A DNA stretch of 64,000 nt, from the NCBI RefSeq assembly GCF_963921235.1, contig NC_086109.1, positions 27,468,001 through 27,532,000 of the forward strand. The letters are read 5' to 3'. Below, in pieces: positions 52,610-64,000 of this stretch. The stretch is from Mobula hypostoma (lineage: Eukaryota). The translations under genes were made by a program, and so were the position numbers. The notes beneath the pieces are model-generated. The model saw nothing but the letters and a program-made list of their open reading frames with translations, made no database searches and was not told the DNA's origin. Every line of letters starts with the position of its first letter. Position 1 is the first letter of the stretch.

Positions 52610-52888
52610 GGGCAGCACAGAATAGGCCCTTCCAACCCTTCGAGCATCCCTGTCCAGCAATCCCCCAATTTAACCTTGCCGAATCACAAGACAATTTAAA
52701 ATGACAAATTGACCAATTAACCTACCAGCCAGTACGTCGTTGGACTGTGGGAAGAAACTGCAGCACTGAGAATAAACCCATGTAGTCACAGGGAAAACAT
52801 GCAAACTCCTTACAAGCAGTGGCGGGAATTGAACCTGGGAAGTTGGTACTGTAAAGCGTTGTGCTAACCACTACACTACCATGCTGTC
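52610..52888 (-). mobile_element. tRNA-derived V-SINE-like element
   Basis: Minus strand GGTAGTGTAGTGGTTAGC (A box), GGTTCAATTCCC (B box), then GAGTTTGCATGTT...GTTTCTTCCCACAGTCCAA V-domain-like body. Confidence 0.7.
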
Positions 52889-54290
52889 TGTTGCTATTAT
52901 ATCTGCATCTACCATTTTCCCTGGCAACACATTCCAAGCACTTACCATTCTGTGTGTAAAAAAAAAACTTGCCTTGTACATCTCCTTTAAACCTCTCCTT
53001 TCTCACCTTAAACATACATCCTCCAGTATTTGACATCTCCACTCCGAGGGGGGAGAAAACTCAATCTGCTTTACCTATGCCTCTCATAATTTCGCATACT
53101 GTAAACAGATTACCTTTCAGTCTCCAACGCTCCAGAGAAAACAATTCAAGTTTATCCAACCTCGCCAACTAGCTAATACACTCCAATCCGAGCAAATTCT
53201 AGTGAACTGTTTAGAAAACATAGAAGATCTACAGCACAATACAGGCCCTTCAGCCCACAGAGTTGTGCCGAACATGTTCCTACCTCCGAAATTACTAGAC
53301 TTACCTATAGCCCTCTATTTTACTAAGCTCCATGTACCTATCTAAAAGTCTCTTAAAAGACCCTAAATTATCTGCCTCCACCACCATTGCCGGCAGCCCA
53401 TTCCACGCACTCATCACTCTCTGAGTAAAAAACTTACCCCTGATATCTCCTCGGTACCTACTCTCCAGCACTTTAAACCTGTGTCCTCTTGTGGCTACCA
53501 TTTCAACGCTGGGAAAAAGCCTCTGACTATCCACACGATTAATGCCTCTTATCTCTGCATGCTCTCCAAAGCCTCCAAATCGTACCTGCAGTGTGGAGTA
53601 GAACTGCACACAATTCCCTATCTGTGACCTAACCACAGAATTAAACAGCTGCAACATGACTTCACAGCTTTTGTACTCAAGGCCTGACCAATGAAGGCAA
53701 ACATGCCATATATCTTCTTAACAAAACTATTTACTTGTGTTTGCACGTGGCCAAGTGGTTAAGGCATCAGTCTAGTGATCTGAAGGTCGCTAGTTCGAGC
53801 CTCAGCTGAGGCAGTGTGTTGTGTCCTTGAGCAAGGCACTTAACCACATATTGCTCTGCGACGACACCGGTGCCAAGCTGTATCGGCCCTAGTGCCCTTC
53901 CCTTGGGCAACATCGGTGGCATGGAGAAGGGAGTCTGCTGGTCTTCCATACAACCTTGCCCAGGCCTTCAGCCTGGAAACCTTCCAAGGAGCAAATCCGT
54001 GGTCTCAAGAGACTAACTGAGCCTATATTTGTGTTTCTACTTTCAAGGAATTATGGACTTGCACCCAAGATCCCTCTATATCAATACTCCTAAGGGTTAT
54101 GTCATCAACTTTGTACTTGTCTAAAATAAATCTATTTACCACTTTTCCATCCAAGTTTCCAACTGATCCATATCCTGGCACATCCTTTGCCAATTTCTCT
54201 TGCTATCTGCTAGTCCACTAATTTTCATATCATTTTCAAACTTGCTTATTAGAGCACCAACATTTTCATCAAATCATTTATATTTATATG
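52889..54290 (-). mobile_element. CR1 3' fragments (a younger copy at about 53213-53570 nested in an older one)
   Basis: TRGHRFKV..FFTQRV..WNGLP motif occurs twice. Confidence 0.75.
53743..54027 (+). mobile_element. tRNA-derived SINE with CORE-like segment
   Basis: A box TGGCCAAGTGG, B box AGTTCGAGCC, then GTGTCCTTGAGCAAGGCACTTAACC. Probable TSD TTGTGTTT. Near-identical to 60535-60842. Confidence 0.85.
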
Positions 54291-54399
54291 AGAAATTTGT
54301 TTTTGTTTGTGCTAAATTAATTTTCTTTGTGATAACCTTAATTTTCAGATCCCAATTACTGTACATCTGATTAAAGTGAGTGCTATTTACCAGTATGAT

Positions 54400-54935
54400 A
54401 TACACACTAAACACCTGCTCATTAATGCAAATATCTAATCAGCCAATCACATGGCACTAACTCAATGCAGAAAAGCCCATAGACGTAGTCAAGAAGTTTA
54501 GTTGTTGTTCAGGCCAAACATCAAAATGGGCAAGAAATGTGATATAAGTGGCTTTGACTGTGGAATGATTGTTGGTGCTGGACGGAGTGGTTTGAGTATC
54601 TCAGAAAGTGCTGATCTCTTGGATTTTCATGCACAACAGTCTCTAGAGTTTACTGAAAATGGCGTGAAAAACAAAATTTTAAAAAAATCCAGTGAGCAAA
54701 AGTGCCTCGTTAATGACAGAGGACAGAGGAGAATGGCCAGATTGGTTCAAGTTGAGAGGAAGGTAACAATAACTCAAATAACATACATTATAACAGTGGT
54801 GTGCAGAAGAGCATCTCTGAATGCACAACACATTGAAGTGGATAGGCTATAGCAGAGCAGCAGAATACCATGCACATACACTCAGTGGCCTCTATTAAGT
54901 GCAGGAGGTACCTAATAAAGCAGCCACTGAATATA
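54400..54935 (+). mobile_element. Internally deleted Tc1-like transposon
   Basis: MGKKCDISGFDCGMIVGAGRSGLSISESADLL (Tc1 HTH N-terminus). Terminal-like CACTCAGTGGCC...GCCACTGA-TATA. Confidence 0.75.
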
Positions 54936-56239
54936 CATAATACACAGGATAGCAATAAGGATCTTGGTACAGAGTAAACATTCAGGTTCCTTGGCACATC
55001 AAAATTTGCAAATGTAATATTGATGGTCAGAATCCATAACAACTCTGAATATACCAAGGTAAGCTTTACTATTTTTGTTTTACCTTAATGAATTGGATGT
55101 AAAAGATTTGCATGTATCATATTTGATAATATTTGTACGTAGACTACTACAAAATGTATGCAAGATTCTCCCCAAAATCCTCTGCTCTATTTTTCCTAGA
55201 AGTCATAATAACCATGGCAAGCTACTATCGAAGTATTGTAGGAAATTCTGCTCTGTGATCTAATTTTGATCAAAGATTCCAAAATAAATGTCAGGGAAAA
55301 GATTTTCAGTTAAAAAGCACTTGTAGAACAACAAATGCAAAAATTAACAATACCGAAAATCAGAAATAACGACAGAAGCTGTTTAAAATACTTTGTAGAT
55401 AGGACAACATGCAGATAAGTTTTCAGTTCAATAAATCAAATTCAGTGGTATTCACCTGACCCATTGAAAATAGCAGGCCATATGGCTCTATGAGTCATTC
55501 ATTGTAACTGTGGTCAACCATGTCACTCAAAACCATCTTCTGATTTCATAATGTCACTGTAAACATTTAGCTATTTCAGGATGCAATGCATTCAGTGATT
55601 GAGTATTCATGACTGTCTGAAATTGGGAATTCCAGAAATCTCAAAAGCATTCCATGAAAGAAGTTTCCCTTCATTTCAGGCTTCCTCAGCATGGACAGTA
55701 TACTTCTGCTGGTGATTCATCTTGCAATGAAATAGTTAGATGAAAATTCACATGCCATTTGCAATGTACTCTGAAGCCCAGAGTTGGAAGACATGGTGCT
55801 TCCTAACGTGGAGAGAACTGTGCACCGAAGACGGCATTTGACAGATACCATCTTCTTTCATAATCTACTTGATCTATCAACTGTTTGAAATGACTTCTGA
55901 ATGCTTGACTTTATCTGTGACTGTGGAAATGGACTGGCACAACAATGAGCATTGCTAATAAAAAAATGTAATCAATACCTAAAATATTTTCCTGGGTGTC
56001 ATTTTAATCCAAGCTGCCCCATTTTACTCTCTTTTGAAGTTAAAGTGTAATTTTGTTGGACAATGTGTTCAGAAGTACTGCTATTTGTTTGCAGTGTGTT
56101 AAGACAAAGTTATTCTGTTTACCTGTAATAGAATATTCTGTTATTAACTGATTTAAACAGGAGTTGTTAATGAATATTAGGGTGCTAATCAAAGATGGGG
56201 AAACGCTCTATGGATATTATTCCATAGAACTCTTGAAAT

Positions 56240-57664
56240 TGTGTAAGGTAAGGGAAACAGGTAGGGAAGTTATGGAAAAAATGATGATTAAAGAAGAGGA
56301 AGTACTAGCACTTTTAAGGAATATAGAAGTGGATAAGTCTCCGGGTCCTAACAGGATATTCCCTAGGACCTTCAGGGAAGTTAGTGTAGAAATAGCAGGG
56401 GCTCTGACAGAAATATTTCAGATGTCTTTAGAAATGGGAATGGTGCCGGAGGATTGGCGTATTGCTCATGTTGTTCCATTGTTTAAAAAGGGGTCTAAGA
56501 GTAAGCCTAGCAATTATCGGCCTCTGAGTTTGACGTCAGTGGTGGGTAAATTGATGTAAAGTATTCTTAGAGATGATATATATAATTATCTGGATAGACA
56601 GGGTCTGATTGGGAACAGTCAACATGGATTTTTGTGTGGAAGGTCATGTTTGACAAATCTCATTGAATTTTTTGAGGAGGTTACTGGGAAAGTTGACAAG
56701 GGTAAAGCGGTGGATGCTGTCTATATGGACTTCAGTAAGGCCTTTGTCAAGGTTCCATATGGAAGGTTAGTTAGGAAGGTTCAATCATTAGGAATTAATA
56801 TTGAAGTAGTAAAATTCAGTGGCTGGATGGGAAACGCCAGACAGTAGTGGTGGATAACTGTTTGTCAGATTGGAGGCCAGTGACTAGTGGTGTGCCTCAC
56901 GGATCTGTACTGGGTCCAATGTTGTTTGTCATATACATTAATGATCTGGATGCAGTGGAACCGAGGGATCTAGGAATAATGGTGCATAGTTCCCTGAAGG
57001 TGGAATCTCATGTGGATAGGGTGGTGAAGAAAGCTTTTGGTATGCTGGCCTTTATAAATCAGAGCATTGAGTACAGTATAGGAGTTGGGATGTAATGTTA
57101 AAATTGTACAAGGCATTGGTAAGGCCAAATTTGGAGTATTGTGTACAGTTTTGATCACCGAATTATAGGAAAGATGTCAACAAAGTAGAGAGAGTACAGA
57201 GAAGATTTACTAGAATGTTACCTAGGTTTCAGCACCTAAGTTACAGAGAAAGGTTGAACCAGTTGGGTCTTTATTCTTTAGAGCATAGAAGGTTGAGGGG
57301 GGACTTAATAGAGGTATTTAAAATTATGAGGGGGATAGATAGAGTTGACGTGGATAAGCTTTTTTCATTGAGAGTAGGGGAGATTCAAAAAAGAGGACAT
57401 GAGTTGAGAGTTAGGGGGCAGAAGTTGAGGGGGAACTTCTTTACTCAGAGAGTGGTAGCTGTGTGGAACGGGCTTCCAGCAGAAGTGGTAGAGGCAGGTT
57501 CGATGTTGTCATTTAAAGTAAAATTGGATAGCTATATGGACAGGAAAGGAATGGAGGGTTATGGGCTGAGTGCAGGTCGGTGGGACTAGGTGAGAGTAAG
57601 CGTTCGGCACGGACTAGAAGGGCCGAGATGGCCTGTTTCTGTGCTGTAATGGTTATATGGTTAT
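56240..57664 (+). mobile_element. CR1 LINE (internally deleted RT and 3' end)
   Basis: [37 protein letters not shown] and RGHEL. Tail (TATGGT)n. Confidence 0.9.
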
Positions 57665-59495
57665 AAAACAAAATGCAGTAGAGGTTTCTTGTCTTCAGGG
57701 CAAATACAGAGGAAATCATGAGAATTCTCCAACTAGAATCTGCCAACTGGAAAATTGTCCCCTTTGTGTCTGAAAAATAATTTCACATATACTAGACAGA
57801 CAGATAACTTCTAAAATTTCACTGTTTTGGTTGGTCGGAGACAGCTGAGGGTACCTTTCAGTAATCAAAGGAGTTTATATGCTTTCAGTGCCCATTAATC
57901 AGCGATACCACCACACTGCAAGCTGACTGTCTGATGTTCAGCCTGTTGAGAAGTTCTGACATCACAATATATAGGGCTCAATGATGATCTGACAAGAAGC
58001 ATACTAAGGGCTATTTGCTCTGGATAACCCATTCTGAGGAAAAGTCTCAGGAGTCAGTCATTTAAGACAGAGGTAAGGATTAATTTCTTTTCTCTGAGAT
58101 TTACAGATCTTGAAGTTGCAACTTCAGATACCTGTGGATACTTGATCAGGAATTACTTTCAACATTGTAGACTGACAGAACTTTAGATGTCAAAGGCATT
58201 GTGGGACAAGGGTATTTGCTGGAAATGTAGATTTGACAAGGTCTTATTAAGTAATAGTGTTTGTCAGAAAGAATTAAAATCTGCAAATCAGTGAACTGGA
58301 ACGAGCCAAGGACAGTGGAAGTAAATAAACCTATTGTCTTAGTTGTTGCAACATGGTTTGAGGAATGGAGGCTGCCATTTTTGAGAGACTGTTCTTGTGG
58401 CCACCATTTTGTGAACTGGTTTTTGCTCATGGATGGCTTAATCAGAACAACTGAAAGTGTACACATGCTAATGATCTGCTAAACCTGAGATCATACCAAA
58501 TAAAAGCTGTTTATTTGGTTATGTGGAACTGGCAGGTGTGTAGAAAGAACTACCTATGATCCAGGCCTAGAGTTTGGCTGACCAGGCTAAACTGGTCCAA
58601 TTCAGAAAGAACAAAGAACGTTACCAGAGGCAGAAGTCTAAGGGAAGAGCCAGCAAGTAATATTGCTTGTAACCTTGTCCCAGATTGAATGAGAGGCTGG
58701 CGCAGGATGATCAGATGATACCTGTTACCAGTTAACCCTGATCCAACAAAATCAAAACACAACAGCTTGATCTGACAAGAAAGAGGATAAGAATGGGAGA
58801 TTTCAGGAGTAGACGCAGCATAAGCTCTGGACACCAATCATCGTGGAATTGAATGAGTTCACATCAGAAATGCGGCTATTACTCCAGGATCAAAATGAAT
58901 GCCTAGCCAGCATGAGCTCCTATTCCTGGGTATTACCTTTCCTCATCTTTGACTGTTCAGGGAGTGGGTATGATTTGCATGCTTGTTGTTAACTAATAAA
59001 GGTATTTGTCAGTCAATACAGATTCTCTCTGTGTCTAATCAATTGTTGTTGTTGAGGGTGAGACCCTGCAGCAATGTGCAGGCAAAAAGGGCACAGAGCC
59101 ACCCTTAGTTCAACCTTCTTTAAGTTTTTAGAAATATCATTATCTTGCAACAGTGTAATTTGTTTATGGACTGAAGCAGTTTGAATCTGATCTGATATAA
59201 CGTATTGGTCTTCATTTTGCTTCTCCTTGAAGATGCTGAATATACATTCTTCTGAGGCTCACAATGCAGTATAATTGAGAGGATCCCAGGACTCCTCTGT
59301 CCTATTCCTGGATCTCCATGCTACTTCAATTACCATTTTGTATTTTTACATAAGGATTTCTGCTGATAATGCACTAGAAAGAGTTAGAGTCCTAAAGCAT
59401 GTAAGACAACCCTTCAGCCTAACTGATCCATACTGACTAAAATTCCCATCTAAGATATTCTGCTTTACTCGGATTTGAACCATATCCCTCTAAAC

Positions 59496-59574
59496 CAAAG
59501 GTTCCCGACATTTTTATGCCATGGACCCCTACCATTAACTGAGTGGTCCGTGGATCACATGTTGGGAACCCGTG
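59496..59574. mobile_element. hAT (Charlie-like) mini-MITE, perfect 8-bp TSD CTCTAAAC
   Basis: CAAAGGTTCCCGAC...GTTGGGAACCCGTG flanked by CTCTAAAC at 59488-59495 and 59575-59582. Confidence 0.8.
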
Positions 59575-60534
59575 CTCTAAACCTTTCCAATCCATACGCC
59601 AGTCCAAATGTCTTTTAAATGCCATTAGTACATTGCTGTTATTTCTATCTAAAAGCTCTTTTTAAATCTGTCACAATGTGCTCAATGGATTGTGGTGTTT
59701 TTACCTAATCACCAAATTAGAATGGATATCTAGGGAAGATTTATTGCCATCACGTTTCATTTAAAACTACCGGTTCCAATTCACCATCAGAAGATCTTGA
59801 TTCACCAACACTGATCAACGTTAAGAGATTCAGATCCAATAATCCACTTTACTATCTTAATGATTGATTTCCCCATAGCATCCACCAACAGGACCAAGTA
59901 TTCAAACTACAGTGGTTTCAGAAACAGGGTGCAGTAGTTGGAATTTTCCCATAAGCACAGCAGTTTGAAGCGTGATCCCTCATTCCTATTCTTCCAAGTT
60001 TATTAGTGGGTTGGTATGTCTAAGGCACTTTGTTCTGATCAGATTTATAGCCTTTTACAACCAGGCTGGCCACAAGAATGCAATTACCTCAAAAGAAGAC
60101 AACATTATGGGGCTTAGGCAGTTATATTGTAAGTGGCCTTCACACATAAAAAATGACCAAGCTTTATACACCAACACACTGCAACAAACCAAAGGGACTT
60201 TTAAATGCATTTTTAAATTAAAAGGCAGGAGAAGTCACAAAGGTGGTTGTCTAACCCAAAGAAAGAAAAAGAGTAACCAGTCCATATGGTGATAAATTTG
60301 TTTGAATTTAAAAATCTCTTCTTACTGAACCCTTATATATGGCTGTCAACAAGAATTACAAGTCAATACACTGGTAACCATCCAGGTTCTAAATCTAGAT
60401 TTGTACCCAACACCCTTTGAAATGTTAACATCACTAATGTATAGTAAATCCGATCGCTGACCTTTCAATCTGTTGATAATCTCTTAACTTACCCCCCCAT
60501 CTTATCATTATCAAAACAATTTTTTGGTGATTGT

Positions 60535-60842
60535 TGGCACATGGCCAAGTGGTTAAGGCGTCGGTCTAGTGATCTGAAGGTCGCTAGTTCAAGCCTCAGC
60601 TGAGGCAACATGTTGTGTCCTTGAGCAAGGCACTTAACCACACATTGCTGTGCGACGACACCGGTGCCAAGCTGCATTGGCCCAAGTGCCCTTCCCTTGG
60701 ACAACATCGGTGGTGTGGAGAGGGGAGACCTGCAGCATGGGCAACTGCTGGTCTTCCATACAACCTTGCCCAGGCCTGCGCCCTGGAAACTTTCCAAGGT
60801 ACAAATCCACAGTCTCATGAATCTAACGGATGCCTAGTACTA
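60535..60842 (+). mobile_element. tRNA-derived SINE, 14-bp TSD
   Basis: A and B boxes and CORE-like segment. TSD TTTTTGGTGATTGT at 60521-60534 and 60843-60856. Confidence 0.9.
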
Positions 60843-61044
60843 TTTTTGGTGATTGTGGTGAACAACAGACAGAATGACCTTTCATTGAAGACAACTGAAT
60901 AATTCAAGTAATCAACGAATTTATGGATTTACTTCAAGATGACATGATAGGTGCAATTGAAGGCGGTGGTGGGAAAAGTTGAGTCAATTTCTAATACAAG
61001 CACAAAGCATCTATTAAAAAAAAATCAAGGTTTTGATTTTCCGC

Positions 61045-61801
61045 TAAGATGATGGCGCGCTCATATACAGCTGCTTTTTGGGAGCCAACCAAAGGTGTTT
61101 TTTTTTCTTTTTTAAATGTCTTTTTTTATGATTGCGAGAGAATGCTGGACTCCAAGAACTTCAGATAATGCAAGTATACCCTCAGTGAGCTGCTCACTGG
61201 TGGAAGAGCTGGACTTGGTTCAGACCACATTGCTGTCTGCTACAGGAAGGCATCAGAGTTGGTTCACGAAGGCAGCATGCAGTGTAACTGCAGGTGCTTA
61301 TCTTGGACGTTTCTCTTGCAATCGCAAGACCCTGTTGGACAATAATAATGTTAGATGCCATGGGCCTGATTCTCTCATTTGGTGGTGCGACAGACAACAG
61401 GAGAGCTGTGTGGCCTAGCCTGTATCAAGGACTAGGCCTCAAGCCACAGACTTGCCTGCTGCTGCGGTCCAGGAGGCAAGATGCCGGAGGCAGGTCAGCT
61501 TGGTGTCAACTGGGGGCTGGCTTCGCCTGTCGGTGCTATCCTCCATTGTTCGAGCAGTGGAAAGACAAGCTGGATTTTATGCATGTGCTTGTCTGTGTAC
61601 TGCCAGGAACTGCACCATCAATCTGCAGGATACATCACTCAGGGACTTGGGCTATTTTTTTGTGTGATGCTATGTGCGCACACTATCTTGAATGTGCCAT
61701 GTGCTGTGTATGTTTTGCACCTTGGCTCCAGAGGAACAGTGTTTCGTTTGGCTGTATTCATGGATAGTTGAGTGAGAATTAAACTTGAATTTGAATTTGA
61801 A
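61045..61801 (+). mobile_element. Non-coding retroposon with (TTGAAT)n tail
   Basis: Starts AAGATGATGGCGCG and ends ATTAAACTTGAATTTGAATTTGA. Architecture resembles 5341-6180. Confidence 0.55.
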
Positions 61802-64000
61802 AATGGAGTGACCAAAAAGTGGAGTTTCACAAGATCAGGACTGACTTTTTTCCAACAATAGAGCATGCTCGTGGAGCCTCAAGGACTGTTCCTACTCCGA
61901 TTTCTCGTGTGCATAATACTGCTGTCTGTATGTTATTAACTGCCCCTACTGCTTTACAAGCTAAATCATAATCTATGTAATTGTCACAGATAAGCATCCT
62001 CATTCCAATACTCCAATGAACGTGCCATCCTTTATCTTGTGTTATGTTTAGCTACATTAGACTTGCGTATATTCCAAACTGCACCAGCGCCCATTGCTAC
62101 AAAAGCTCACACCTCTTTTCATTGTGCCTATGCCTCTGCCTTCCTTCTATTTAACCATATACTTCAACCTTGCTCTCAGCCTCTGTATGTCCTTCCTAAA
62201 TGTTACAGTCTCTCAGTCTTCTGCTCCTTTAATCCACTAATTAACTATATACAAGAGCGCCAGCCACCCTCGTATTGACTTAAGAAACTTCTCTGGTGAG
62301 TATAGAAGTGAGTAAACCAGTAGCTTCTAGTCTCAAATAATAAAGGAAATTAGCAACTAAAAATTTCAGATCATCAATGATTCCAATCTTGCATCTAATA
62401 TTTAAAATATTAACTTTTTAACTTCCTTCTTTTTCAGATATATTTTCACTTCTTCCAGTTTGCACCATCTCCAGAATATTTTTTGTTATTCACTAGATTT
62501 TACCAATTTCACACTAATCTTAATCAATCTCCTTCAGCTGGTATAATCACAAAATTTGTTGTTCAATTTCTTCCGCTGTCCGTCTGTTCACTGAATTTAA
62601 TTTTGCTCTCCAGGCCCACCAGCCCACATCCACCTCCGAAAACTCTTACTTACTCTCTCTGAACATTAAATGCTAATAGTTCCAAGAATATCAGTCTGAA
62701 ATTGCTTCCATCTCAACAGATGCTGCCTGAGCTGTTAAGATCTTCCAGCATTTTCTTTTTCTTGTCAGATTTTCAGCATCTGCATGATTTTGCATGAAAC
62801 AAATACTCTCCTGCTTGGTGTCACCATCAAAAATAAATCAAATTTGCTCCCTGAATGCACTGATAATGTTTTTTTTTTGGTGAGCTCTTTCAACATTTTT
62901 GTATTAATATCAGTTAACTCCCTTAATCCCTCTGTGATGTGACTGGGAAATGTGTATACATTATAGATGAATTTGAAATGATAATTGCTGTTGAGCCTAA
63001 AATTACATTTTGTTCAGCTGATATCTACAAATAACCTGTAGAAATAAATTTAAATCAAATGACACGGGCCTTATATTATGCATTGTACTTATACCAGTAT
63101 ATAGAGTGTTATATTTATCTCTATAAATACATCATATTTATAGAGATATGAATGCTTGGCTTGGAGGGACACCAGCTCCCACTGAGGCTACATTTGGTGT
63201 ATTTTCCTTGTAGAATGGATGTAAGTAATGAGCATCCAGAACTTTCAATGTTCACTTGCCGTTCTCAGCGGAAAATGGGCAAAAATTGATCAAAATTTCA
63301 TTCCCCATCAATAGTACTAAAAGTCTTTGGAGTGGCAGTGAATGTTGTCCCCAAAACTCAATGCAGTGGAATTGAATGTTAGAGACTTACACAACTTACT
63401 GTCATTATTGATTAATTTAGAATGTGCCACCAATGTTGGATCACTTTCTTGATAAGCCAATGAAAGGAAACAAAAATAAGTAGCTTTCACTTAGCCCTGC
63501 TCAATCCTTTCATTCACTTTTTGAAGCACACTGACAATAACAATAAAAGAGTCCTGCAGCACCTGGTATCTGAACTCAAGAAGAAATGACAACCGCACTG
63601 ATTCAGATTTTTAACCCTTCCATGGGGGACTGATGTTGTGAGGTTCCGATGCCTGACTGGTTGGTGCCAGAAGGAGCTTCCTGACTTTAAGGTTTAAACC
63701 TATACACTCACTGAAACTGACAGAGTAGCCATACTTACATTTTAATTTTATTGTCAGACTCTGTACACACAAAATGCTTCATTTTTTAACTTCTAAAAGA
63801 TAACTTGGTTCTAGTTATTGAAAACAGTGGTTATTAACATTGACATTAATGTTAATTTTCCCTGTTAGCAACAAGAATTGAACTTTGTATCATGGAGTTT
63901 ATAGTTAATTAATTCTGACATGTGGTTTCTCCGTGTGCTCAGCAAGTACAAAAAAGGTTGATCTTTTATTATTAGGTTCGAGATGTGTCCTTTTGATAAT

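Noticed and set aside
53743..53815. tRNA gene (also 60535-60610)
   Set aside because: A and B boxes run into a SINE body with tail and TSD, so these are SINE heads.
58262..59072. Possible solo LTR (TG...CA, AATAAA near 58996)
   Set aside because: No matching TSD and no second copy in the window.
310..62278. Most remaining 60-150 aa ORFs in the track
   Set aside because: Alternative frames or antisense of repeats, or random ORFs without motifs or splice support.
63739..63760. Exon-like minus-strand unit cag|AGTCTG...AAAAT|gtaagtat
   Set aside because: 22 nt, frameshifting, no copine similarity. Likely chance splice-like motifs.

Overview
Eukaryotic, AT-rich, repeat-dense DNA. The mix of CR1, Rex/Babar, Penelope, V-SINE and L1/Tx1 repeats suggests a cartilaginous fish, possibly a ray (inference). 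The whole window lies inside a minus-strand copine gene (CPNE5-like). Three phase-compatible GT-AG exons (40796-40899, 38427-38531, 9597-9638) encode part of the C2B domain. The introns hold a fragmented class I (gamma/epsilon-like) endogenous retrovirus at about 115-6640, with RT connection, RNase H, integrase, a decayed env (signal peptide, immunosuppressive domain, TM helix) and a probable PPT/3' LTR, broken by at least four later insertions. They also hold Penelope-like elements with minimal type I hammerhead ribozyme motifs (some in palindromic pairs), a HERO/R2-group RLE retrotransposon fragment, a full-length Tc1 element, a solo LTR with a 4-bp TSD, and two L1/Tx1-type insertions (one with a twin-priming-type 5' inversion). 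Nested CR1s, Rex/Babar LINEs, tRNA-derived SINEs and small MITEs fill much of the rest. I found no intact novel protein-coding system. The main points of interest are the env-bearing ERV relic missed by the ORF track, the hammerhead motifs and the insertion architecture. Repeat boundaries without a stated TSD are approximate.
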